NCBI GenBank assembly: GCA_964016885.1
Contig: OZ024741.1
Location: forward strand, 367,164,001-367,228,000
DNA: 64,000 bases
Direction of reading: 5' to 3'
DNA from: Eledone cirrhosa
Lineage: Eukaryota
The notes under the pieces are model-generated. The model was not told the origin of the DNA. It saw nothing but the letters and a program-made list of their open reading frames with translations, and made no database searches. Positions within the stretch are counted from its first letter, which is position 1, and each line of letters opens with the position of its first letter. The position numbers were made by a program, and so were the translations under genes. Shown piece by piece: positions 23,720 to 35,720 of the stretch.

Positions 23720-26700
23720 GAGAGTAGTGTGAAATAAAGCCTTTACAATAGTATATAGAGAGTAGTGTGAAATAAAGCCTTTACAATAGTATATAGAGCG
23801 TAATGTGAAATAAAGCCTTTACAATAGTATATAGAGAGTAGTGTGAAATAAAGCCTTTACAATAGTATATAGAGAGTAGTGTGAAATAAAGCCTTTACGA
23901 TAGTATATAGAGAGTAGTGTGAAATAAAGCCTTTACAATAGCATATAGAGAGTAATGTGAAATAAAGCCTTTACAATAGTATATAGAGCGTAATGTGAAA
24001 TAAAGCCTTTACAATAGTATATAGAGAGGAGTGTGAAATAAAGCCTTTACAATAGTATATAGAGAGTAGTGTGAAATAAAGCCTGTACAATAGTATATAG
24101 AGAATAGTGTGAAATAAAGCCTTTACAATAGTATATAGAGAGTAATGTGAAATAAAGCCTTTACAATAGTATATAGAGAGTAGTGTGAAATAAAGCCTTT
24201 ACAATAGTATATAGAGCGTAATGTGAAATAAAGCCTTTACAATAGTATATAGAGAGTAGTGTGAAATAAAGCCTGTACAATAGTATATAGAGAGTAATGT
24301 GAAATAAAGCCTGTACAATAGTATATAGAGAGTAGTGTGAAATAAAGCCTTTACAATAGTATATAGAGAGTAGTGTGAAATAAAGCCTTTACAATAGTAT
24401 ATAGAGAGTAGTGTGAAATAAAGCCTTTACAATAGCATATAGAGAGTAGTGTGAAATAAAGCCTGTACAATAGTATATAGAGAGTAGTGTGAAATAAAGC
24501 CTTTACAATAGTATATAGAGAGTAGTGTGAAATAAAGCCTTTACAATAGTATATAGAGAGTAGTGTGAAATAAAGCCTTTACAATAGTATATAGAGAGTA
24601 GTGTGAAATAAAGCCTGTACAATAGTATATAGAGAGTAGTGTGAAATAAAGCCTGTACAATAGTATATAGAGAGTAGTGTGAAATAAAGCCTGTACAATA
24701 GTATATAGAGAGGAGTGTGAAATAAAGCCTGTACAATAGTATATAGAGAGTAGTGTGAAATAAAGCTTGTACAATAGTATATAGAGTAGTGTGAAATAAA
24801 GCCTTTACAATAGTATATAGAGAGTAATGTGAAATAAAGCCTTTACAATAGTATATAAAGAGTAGTGTGAAATAAAGCCTTTACAATAGTATATAGAGAG
24901 TAGTGTGAAATAAAGCCTTTACAATAGTATATAGAGAGTAGTGTGAAATAAAGCCTGTACAATAGTATATAGAGAGTAATGTGAAATAAAGCCTGTACAA
25001 TAGTATATAGAGAGTAGTGTGAAATAAAGCCTGTACAATAGTATATAGAGTAGTGTGAAATAAAGCCTTTACAATAGTATATAGAGAGTAATGTGAAATA
25101 AAGCCTGTACAATAGTATATAGAGAGTAGTGTGAAATAAAGCCTGTACAATAGTATATAGAGTAGTGTGAAATAAAGCCTTTACAATAGTATATAGAGAG
25201 TAATGTGAAATAAAGCCTTTACAATAGTATATAGAGAGTAGTGTGAAATAAAGCCTTTACAATAGTATATAGAGAGTAGTGTGAAATAAAGCCTTTACAA
25301 TAGTATATAGAGAGTAGTGTGAAATAAAGCCTTTACAATAGTATATAGAGAGTAGTGTGAAATAAAGCCTGTACAATAGTATATAGAGAGTAATGTGAAA
25401 TAAAGCCTTTACAATAGTATATAGAGAGTAGTGTGAAATAAAGCCTGTACAATAGTATATAGAGAGTAGTGTGAAATAAAGCCTGTACAATAGTATATAG
25501 AGAGTAGTGTGAAATAAAGCCTGTACAATAATATATAGAGAGTAATGTGAAATAAAGCCTTTACAACAGTATATAGAGAGTAATGTGAAATAAAGCCTTT
25601 ACAATAGTATATAGAGAGTAGTGTGAAATAAAGCCTGTACAATAGTCTATAGAGAGTAGTGTGAAATAAAGCCTTTACAATAGTATATAGAGAGTAGTGT
25701 GAAATAAAGCCTGTACAATAGTATATAGAGAGTAGTGTGAAATAAAGCCTTTACAATAGTATATAGAGAGTAGTGTGAAATAAAGCCTTTACAATAGTAT
25801 ATAGAGAGTAGTGTGAAATAAAGCCTGTACAATAGTATATAGAGAGTAGTGTGAAATAAAGCCTTTACAATAGTATATAGAGAGTAATGTGAAATAAAGC
25901 CTTTACAATAGTATATAGAGAGTAGTGTGAAATAAAGCCTGTACAATAGTCTATAGAGAGTAGTGTGAAATAAAGCCTTTACAATAGTATATAGAGAGTA
26001 GTGTGAAATAAAGCCTGTACAATAGTATATAGAGAGTAGTGTGAAATAAAGCCTTTACAATAGTATATAGAGAGTAATGTGAAATAAAGCCTTTACAATA
26101 GTATATAGAGAGTAGTGTGAAATAAAGCCTGTACAATAGTATATAGAGAGTAGTGTGAAATAAAGCCTGTACAATAGTATATAGAGAGTAGTGTGAAATA
26201 AAGCCTTTACAATAGTATATAGAGAGTAGTGTGAAATAAAGCCTGTACAATAGTCTATAGAGAGTAGTGTGAAATAAAGCCTTTACAATAGTATATAGAG
26301 AGTAGTGTGAAATAAAGCCTTTACAATAGTATATAGAGAGTAATGTGAAATAAAGCCTGTACAATAGTATATAGACAGTAATGTGAAATAAAGCCTGTAC
26401 AATAGTATATAGACAGTAATGTGAAATAAAGCCTTTACAATAGTATATAGAGAGTAGTGTGAAATAAAGCCTTTACAATAGTATATAGAGAGTAGTGTGA
26501 AATAAAGCCTGTACAATAGTCTATAGAGAGTAGTGTGAAATAAAGCCTTTACAATAGTATATAGAGAGTAATGTGAAATAAAGCCTTTACAATAGTATAT
26601 AGAGAGTAATGTGAAATAAAGCCTGTACAATAGTATATAGACAGTAATGTGAAATAAAGCCTTTACAATAGTATATAGTGAGTAATGTGAAATAAAGCCT

Positions 26701-28591
26701 TTACAATAGTATATAGAGAGTAATGTGAAATAAAGCCTTTACAATAGTATATAGAGAGTAATGTGAAATAAAGCCTGTACAATAGTATATAGAGAGTAGT
26801 GTGAAATAAAGCCTGTACAATAGTATATAGAGAGTAGTGTGAAATAAAGCCTTTACAATAGTATATAGAGAGTAATGTGAAATAAAGCCTTTACAATAGT
26901 ATATAGAGAGTAATGTGAAATAAAGCCTTTACAATAGTCTATAGAGAGTAGTGTGAAATAAAGCCTTTACAATAGTATATAGAGCGTAATGTGAAATAAA
27001 GCCTTTACAATAGTATATAGAGAGTAGTGTGAAATAAAGCCTGTACAATAGTCTATAGAGAGTAGTGTGAAATAAAGCCTTTACAATAGTATATAGAGAG
27101 TAGTGTGAAATAAAGCTTGTACAATAGTATATAGAGAGTAGTGTGAAATAAAGCCTTTACAATAGTATATAGAGAGTAGTGTGAAATAAAGCCTTTACAA
27201 TAGTATATAGAGAGTAGTGTAAAATAAAGCCTTTACAATAGTATATAGAGAGTAGTGTGAAATAAAGCCTGTACAATAGTATATAGAGAGTAGTGTGAAA
27301 TAAAGCCTTTACAATAGTATATAGAGAGTAGTGTGAAATAAAGCCTGTACAATAGTATATAGAGAGTAGTGTGAAATAAAGCCTGTACAATAGTATATAG
27401 AGAGTAATGTGAAATAAAGCCTGTACAATAGTATATAGAGAGTAATGTGAAATAAAGCCTTTACAATAGTCTATAGAGAGTAGTGTGAAATAAAGCCTTT
27501 ACAATAGTATATAGAGCGTAATGTGAAATAAAGCCTTTACAATAGTATATAGAGAGTAGTGTGAAATAAAGCCTGTACAATAGTCTATAGAGAGTAGTGT
27601 GAAATAAAGCCTGTACAATAGTATATAGAGAGTAGTGTGAAATAAAGCCTTTACAATAGTATATAGAGAGTAGTGTGAAATAAAGCCTGTACAATAGTAT
27701 ATAGAGAGTAGTGTGAAATAAAGCCTTTACAATAGTATATAGAGAGTAGTGTGAAATAAAGCCTTTACAATAGTATATAGAGAGGAGTGTGAAATAAAGC
27801 CTTTACAATAGTATATAGAGAGTAGTGTGAAATAAAGCCGTTACAATAGTATATAGAGAGTAATGTGAAATAAAGCCTTTACAATAGTATATAGAGAGTA
27901 GTGTGAAATAAAGCCTTTACAATAGTATATAGAGAGGAGTGTGAAATAAAGCCTTTACAATAGTATATAGAGAGTAGTGTGAAATAAAGCCTTTACAATA
28001 GTATATAGAGAGTAGTGTGAAATAAAGCCTTTACAATAGTATATAGAGAGTAATGTGAAATAAAGCCTTTACAATAGTATATAGAGAGGAGTGTGAAATA
28101 AAGCCTTTACAATAGCATATAGAGAGTAGTGTGAAATAAAGCCTTTACAATAGTATATAGAGAGTAATGTGAAATAAAGCCGTTACAATAGTATATAGAG
28201 AGTAATGTGAAATAAAGCCTTTACAATAGTATATAGAGAGTAGTGTGAAATAAAGCCTTTACAATAGTATATAGAGAGTAGTGTGAAATAAAGCCTTTAC
28301 AATAGTATATAGAGAGTAGTGTGAAATAAAGCCTTTACAATAGTATATAGAGAGTAATGTGAAATAAAGCCGTTACAATAGTATATAGAGAGTAATGTGA
28401 AATAAAGCCTTTACAATAGTATATAGAGAGTAGTGTGAAATAAAGCCTTTACAATAGTATATAGAGAGGAGTGTGAAATAAAGCCTTTACAATAGTATAT
28501 AGAGAGTAATGTGAAATAAAGCCTTTACAATAGTATATAGAGAGGAGTGTGAAATAAAGCCTTTACAATAGTATATAGAGCGTAATGTGAA
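23720..28591. repeat. 38-bp satellite, ~128 copies (GAGAGTAGTGTGAAATAAAGCCTTTACAATAGTATATA), nested inside a MITE
   Basis: Direct reading; MITE left arm 23585-23719 and right terminus 28581-28606 flank the array. Confidence 0.97.
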
Positions 28592-30729
28592 TGCTAAATG
28601 ATTTAATGCAAATGAAACTGGGATAATCTCTGGCCTAATGAGCCTCTGGGCATGGGACATACTTTAATCTTTCTTTATTGTTTGAAGTTGACAGTTATTT
28701 CTTTTTTTCTTTTGCAGCCACTTATTCCTGGGAGAATCAGAGGGGGCAGAGTCTTCAAGCATGCCTTCCAGCAGATCCTGTCAGAAGCAAGTGTCTCCAC
28801 TTATTTCTAAATATCAATATTTTAAGAAGATATTATGTTTTCTAGATTTTAATATTATAAGATAAGTTTTTAAATAATTAATTAATTTTTGTGTGTTACA
28901 GCTCACACTTATGTAGATTTAGTTGACCTTCTATGAGTTTGTATCTCATAAGAGGCTCCACAGTATTTTAATGATAGAGGCACTAGTCCTATCATGAAAA
29001 GACTCACCTGTATGACAAATGCCAGTTCATTACGAGGTTATCCCCAACAACTGCTGCTGATACATATTCTTTTTTTCAGTTAACTAGACTAGAGTGTCTT
29101 GCTCAAGGACAAAACACATGGCCCAGTCCACAAGCACATGATTGAGAGTGCAACACCCAAACCATTATGCTTTCACTATATTTAGTAAAACTAAAAGCAA
29201 CTCTTACAAACTATTTGATCACCTTAATCACTCAGCTTGTGGACTTTGTATGATACTTAGAAAGAGAAACTGAGAATACCCCAATTGTCTCAATGTTGAT
29301 CAAAGGCAGAACTCAATACAATGAAAACAAACTGGGATACATGGAGGAAATATGTTCATAACATTTCATACTCTGTTATAAGCGGAAATAATAATTAAGA
29401 AGAAATCTCATCTTCAGAGATGAAAATATATTTTTGATATTTACAACTACACTACTAAGTTTTAATTGGTTTGATATCTGATGGTCATTCCTGAAAATGA
29501 ACACAGTCCCAGGCTAGAACTGAACTAGGAACCCTTATTGCTAAAGTGAAGTTACTGTGTTTATGTGTGTTCCCTTTATGTCTTGCTGTTATGTGAAATA
29601 AATTCCTCTGTGTGTGTCTGTATGTGTCAAGTAGTTGGTGATAGGAAAGGACATCCAAACAACAAGACAGGAGGACTCTTCAGCTGTGCTGTAGACATGA
29701 CAACTTCCCTATTGTTGGTGCCATTATAAAATGCATTCGGTAGAGTCTGGAATTGTATGTTGGTTCTCAGTCCCTCTGGAGGTTAGAGGCTCTGCTTGAG
29801 TATTGACCAGTGTGTAATGACATGTCTAACTCTTGCTAGCAGGGAAAACAGATGTAAGATGATGATGATTATATATATATATAGCGACTAACAGTAATAG
29901 TATCAATTAATAAAATGTTGTAATGTTCTTTCATTCATCCATTCTGTTTTTTTGAAATGCCAACCCTCAAATGGATGTTGCCCTATGATCCTAGTGGACA
30001 ATAGTGAGGGAGATGTGCTGAAAGAGCCAGAGATCATATTTATGGATGGCTATCTTCGTCCCTATAGCAGTAAGTAGGAGGGCGGTGGTTTGAAAAACCA
30101 GGAAGCCTAATGTTTCCACTGCTATACGTATTCTGGTTTTTAGAAGTAATACACTGTATCTATAAGTATTCTAAGAGGCATCTAAAAGGGTTGGTGTCAA
30201 AGAGGGCATCTGGCATATAAAATACTGCCTAATTATGTCCCATCAAACCCATGCCAGCTTGAAAATGTGGCTGTATAAATGATAATGATAAGGGTAGTAG
30301 CATTCTTATACATTATGCCAGTGACTCAGATGTTAGGTGTTTCTTAGAGCTAGGGTGGGATGCAAGCTGTTCCCAAAATAGCTAATTGCTAAGGCAAGGG
30401 GCAGGATGTTCTGAAAATAGTTTAGTAGTTTAGGGTACAGATAGGGGATGAGATGTTTTGAAATAGGGGATTACATATTCTTTAAACTAGAGGTTCATGT
30501 TGTTTATCCCCAGGTCAACCCTAATCAGGTGAACCTATGTTTAAATGTATGACAGTCAGAGCCATTTCATATTTATTCAGTCATTGTGTATCTCAGACCA
30601 CATTAGCCAATGTGTTCTTTGTTGTTGTGTTTTGGGGGTGGAAGGATTTTTAAAGATGGTAAGGTGTTATTCAAATGAGATTAGAGTCCTCTTTCTAACA
30701 TTATGAATGACTATTTAGAGACTCATAAG

Positions 30730-32115
30730 TGTGGGTCTGTGTATCCATCTGTGTGTGTGTGTGTTTGTCTGTGTCTGTGCATCTGTGTGTATCTATGAAT
30801 CTGTGTGTGTGTCTATCTCTGTGTCTGTTTGTCTGTCGTGTCTGTCTGTCTGTGTCTGTCTGTCTGTGTCTGTCTGTCTGTGTCTGTCTGTCTGTGTCTG
30901 TCTGTCTGTGTCTGTCTGTCTGTGTCTGTCTGTCTGTGTCTGTCTGTCTGTGTCTGTCTGTCTGTCTGTGTCTGTCTGTCTGTGTCTGTCTGTCTGTGTC
31001 TGTCTGTCTGTCTGTGTCTGTCTGTCTGTGTGTCTGTCTGTCTGTGTGTCTGTCTGTCTGTGTGTCTGTCTGTCTGTGTGTCTGTCTGTCTGTGTGTCTG
31101 TCTGTCTGTGTCTGTCTGTCTGTGTCTGTCTGTCTGTGTCTGTCTGTCTGTGTCTGTCTGTCTGTGTCTGTCTGTCTGTGTCTGTCTGTCTGTGTCTGTC
31201 TGTCTGTGTCTGTCTGTCTGTGTCTGTCTGTCTGTGTCTGTCTGTCTGTGTCTGTCTGTGTCTGTCTGTCTGTGTCTGTCTGTCTGTGTCTGTCTGTCTG
31301 TGTCTGTCTGTCTGTGTCTGTCTGTCTGTGTCTGTCTGTCTGTGTCTGTCTGTCTGTGTCTGTCTGTCTGTGTCTGTCTGTCTGTGTCTGTCTGTCTGTC
31401 TGTCTGTGTCTGTCTGTGTCTGTCTGTCTGTCTGTGTCTGTCTGTCTGTCTGTGTCTGTCTGTCTGTCTGTGTCTGTCTGTCTGTGTCTGTCTGTCTGTC
31501 TGTGTCTGTCTGTCTGTCTGTGTCTGTCTGTCTGTCTGTGTCTGTCTGTCTGTCTGTGTCTGTCTGTCTGTGTCTGTCTGTCTGTGTCTGTCTGTCTGTG
31601 TCTGTCTGTCTGTGTCTGTCTGTCTGTGTCTGTCTGTCTGTGTCTGTCTGTCTGTGTCTGTCTGTCTGTGTCTGTCTGTCTGTGTCTGTCTGTGTCTGTC
31701 TGTGTCTGTCTGTGTCTGTCTGTGTCTGTGTCTGTGTCTGTCTGTGTCTGTCTGTCTGTGTCTGTCTGTCTGTCTGACTGTCTGTCTCTCTCTGCCTGTC
31801 TGTCTGTGTGTCTGTCTCTCTCTGCCTGTATGTCTGTCTGTGTGTCTGTCTGTCTGCCTTTCTGCCTGTATGTTTGTCTGTGTCTGTCCGTCCGTCTATG
31901 TCCGCCTGTGTCCGTCTGTGTCCGTCTGTGTCTGCCTGTGTCTGCCTGTGTCTGCCTGTGTCTGCCTGTGTCTGCCTGTGTCTGCCTGTGTCTGCCTGTG
32001 TCTGCCTGTGTCTGCCTGTGTCTGCCTGTGTCTGCCTGTGTCTGCCTGTGTCTGCCTGTGTCTGTCTGTGTCTGTCCGTGTGTGTCTGTGTGTGTCTGTG
32101 TCTGCCTGTCTCTCT
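30730..32115. repeat. (TCTG)n/(TG)n compound microsatellite grading into (TCTGCCTGTG)n
   Basis: Direct reading; the long RQTDT/CLSV ORFs are artefacts. Confidence 0.97.
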
Positions 32116-33328
32116 GTATTTTCAAATGTTGCCTCAGGTGTCAGATTGACACTTGGCATGATTTGGGAAAGAAGCAGAATTCAAAGGAACTTTCAAATAA
32201 TAATAAAACTACCGCTGTCACTTGCAATCAACAATGACTTGGTAGCATATAACATACTTTAGCTAATGTTTTAGTGTTTGTGTGTATGGTGATGAGTGAA
32301 GCCTGTAATAACGAGCAGACAGGGACATTCTCTCAGCCCTCTCTCTCTTGACTGAGCAGACCATCCAGGATATGAAGAGGAGAGGGCTGCACCAGCAGTA
32401 TTAGGATGGTGCTTTTGACTTTATTAACCCCTATAAAATATAAAGCAAAGTAGGGATTAGTGGGATTTGAATAGAGTGCACAGGGCTACCAGAACACCAC
32501 AACACATTCTATCCGATGCTCTACAAACTCTACTAAATTGGCCACCTACTGGAATCAATATAATTGGTTAAAAAGTACTTGAAAATGGTGCCCCAGCATG
32601 GCCCCAGCCCAATAACAGAAATAGCTTTGTTTAATTTGTGTCACTGATGTGGCACAGATAAAGAAATGGTTTCTAATTTAGGCACAAATAAAGTCGATTA
32701 AAATCAATCCCAGTACTTAACTGGTGTTATATCTTAATGCCCCCTCCCCCAAAAATGATAAAAGATAAAGTTGACTGGAATAAATACAACAAAATATTTT
32801 GTCTGGCACCATAAATATTCAGCCAACTCACCACCCTTTTACTGATAAAAAAAATATGAATGTCACATATCACTAATTAGTCTAATTAAAAAAACATTGT
32901 CATACAACTGTATTTTCTCCTGTCACTTCTATAAACCACAGATCTTTGTATCTACCTCACAAATCAATGTTAGAACTTCTTAGATGTTTTTTTTTCTTGA
33001 ACATTCGTCAGTTCTAACAATGAATGTTCCAGGTGTTCGAACAACAGAACAATTTACCCATGAAATCAACAAGTTAGTGACTAATCATTCCCAAGACATA
33101 TGTACCCTTAATGTAATTCTGAGAGAAATTCAACATGACACAGTGTATAACATAGTTGGACCTTTGAATTACAAATACAACTCACTTTTGCTAGCTAAGT
33201 GGATTGGAGCAACATGAAATTGGTGAAAAACATCTTGCTACCAGAAATCAAATTCATGACCATACGATCGAGAACTAACCACCCTAACCACTAAGCCATG
33301 TGCTTAGACAAGAAACCAATATTTAAGC

Positions 33329-33540
33329 TTAACTCTTTAGTATTTAAACAAGCTGTATCTGGCCAGAATACTCTCATCTCTTTCTCTTCAAACCAACCAT
33401 AACTGACTGCTCATACTGACGTTAAGGTATTGTTTTCAAAATAAACAACATCAAAATCTCGTAGATTCGATATTATGTGAGATAAAGCCTTTGCCACAAA
33501 AATACAATAGTATATATAGAGTAATGTAAATGCTTAAAAG
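33329..33540. mobile_element. TTAA-flanked MITE (same family as 12222-12437)
   Basis: ttaactctttagtatttaaac ... gagataaagcctttgccacaaaaatacaatagtatatatagagtaatgtaaatgctt. Confidence 0.75.
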
Positions 33541-34002
33541 AAAAAAACTCCTAATATGGAGTAAGTGGTAAAAATAGCTGAACCATAACAACAATGCTGG
33601 CTATGTGGGAGAGAACATTCAACCTAAATATTTATCACATTAGTAACGTGGGTGGACAAGGTGGTGAACTGGCAGAATGTTAGAGAGTGTGATAAAAAAA
33701 AAAATGCTGTGTACTATTTGTTCTAGTTCTCTACACTTAACACTTTCAGAGTTGATAAATAAAGTAACCAATCGAAGGGAGTGGATAAGGTGAAATTGTT
33801 ATAGTATTGACCAGAGATACCTTATGTTTTCTCAATGTAAAAAAAATCATATATCTTTATAAAGCTAAAAGACAAAGTAAATCTTATTTTTTCATTGTTT
33901 CTTAGAATAAAAAACAATAAAAAACAATAAAAAACAAAAAAAGAAAATTGTTTCTACTTTAGGCACAAGGCCAGCAATTACCCAGTACATTACCCAGTAC
34001 CC

Positions 34003-34577
34003 AGGACAGCTGTATAAAAAAGTGCAGGGCAATAAAAATAGACGGTAGCCACGGAGTAGGCAGACCCAGAAAAACCTGGGACGACTTGATAAATTCCGAC
34101 GTCACACACTTACACCTCTCCAAGACAATGTCACTGGATCGAGAGCTTTGGCGCTACACAGTAATACAGAAGACCCGCCTTGCCGAAGTACAAAGTGAAA
34201 CCTACTACAGTCAGTAGGCACCTCTAACAAAAATACACCCCCGTCCCACTACCCCCACCCCATCCACACCACCCCTTTCAATGTAAAGTTATGTTGGTAC
34301 CACAACATCCAGTCCGAAACAAATGAGGTCGTGTAGGTGTCACAACAAAAAAACACACAGTCCACGCTGTAATGTGGCCGTGTAGGTAACACGGTAAAAA
34401 CCTCCCAGTCCCACACTGTAAATGTGGTTGGTGTTAGGAAGGGCATCCAACTGTAGAAAACTCGCCAGACAGTCCTATGCGAGCAAGACAACCACTCTTG
34501 CCTCAAGTGGGAAAACTCCCGTCCAAACCCATGCAAGCGTAGAAGATGGACGTTAAACGATGATGATGATGATGATT
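34003..34577 (+). mobile_element. RTE LINE 3' end (second subfamily), inserted into a minus-strand Nin/Deu SINE
   Basis: Encodes DSCIKKCRAIKIDGSHGVGRPRKTWDDLINSD; 3' UTR and (GAT)n tail near-identical to the reverse complement of 55751-56300; SINE halves at 33946-33990 and 34575-34720. Confidence 0.85.
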
Positions 34578-35029
34578 ACTGGTACTTTATTTTATCGACC
34601 CCGTAAGGATGAAAGGCAAAGTTAACCTTGGCGGGATTTGAACTCAGACTGTAAAGGGACGTAACTATGCTAGAAAGCATGGCGTCCAACCCTCTACCGA
34701 TACTGCCAATTCACCGCCCCAACCCCAAAAAATGATTTCTTTTAATGATCTGTGTTATAATAATAAATGAAAACAGAAACAATACCTATAATAATTGTGC
34801 ATTTTTTAAAAATCATTTCCAGAGCACCAGACAAATGCATAGCCAAAACCCCAAGACTTACAAATATATACAGCATACAAAAAGTAGCACTACTAGGCAC
34901 TGCACACATATTACGAAGAGTATTATCAATACAATAGAAACAACACCAGCAAAATACAATGCTCATACCCAAGGTGCACAGAGCTGTGCTCGGTAAAGCA
35001 GTAATAATGCGCAATAAAAATAATAATAA

Positions 35030-35720
35030 TAATTGTTTCTACTTTAAGCACAAGGGCAACAATTTTAGAGAGGGGGGGGGATTAAATCGACTCCAGTGTA
35101 TTACTGGCACTTTATTTATTGACCACCGAAAAGATGAAAGTCAAAACTAACCTCAGTGGGATTTGAACTCAGAACATAAAGGGCCATAACTATGCTACAA
35201 AGCATGGTGTCTGCCGCTTTACCAATACTGTCAATGCACTACCCTAATAATAATTATTTCTACTTTAAGCACAAGGCCAACAATTTGAAGGGAAGGAGAA
35301 AGTCAATTAAATTGACCCCAGTACATTACTGGTGCTTTATTTTATCAACCACATAAAGATGAAAGGCAAAGATAACTGTAACTATAATAATAATTGTTTC
35401 TACTTTTAGCACAAGGCCAGCAATTACCCAGTGCATTACTGGTACTTTATTTTATCGACCCCGTAAGGATGAAAGGCAAAATTAACCTCGGCGGGATTTG
35501 AACTCAAACCATAAAAGGGCATAACTCTTTGCTGCAAAGCATAGCGTCAGACCCTCTACCGATACTGCCAATAGTTTTTATTTAGGCAGAAGGCCAACAA
35601 TTTTGGAGAGGACAGTCAATTATATTAACCCCTGTATTTCACTAGTACTCAGAGGGACAAAAGGCAAAGTTAACCTTACTGGGATTTGAACTCAAGAAAG
35701 CTGGAACAAATACCACAAGA
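35030..35720 (-). mobile_element. Cluster of tandem Nin/Deu-type SINE copies
   Basis: Repeated aattgtttctacttt...cacaaggcc...tcgacc...gatgaaaggcaaa...gggatttgaactca blocks at ~35030, 35250, 35390 and 35575. Confidence 0.8.

Noticed and set aside
23720-28591. CRISPR-like regular 38-bp periodicity and many repeated ORFs
   Set aside because: Head-to-tail tandem units with no unique spacers, no cas genes and a eukaryotic context; it is a satellite.
28718-28810. Plus-strand polypyrimidine/AG acceptor followed by a short open frame
   Set aside because: About 30 codons to a stop, no recognisable homology and no partner exons.
30701-32262. 350-500 aa ORFs (RQTDTD / CLSVSV)
   Set aside because: Translations of the (TCTG)n microsatellite.
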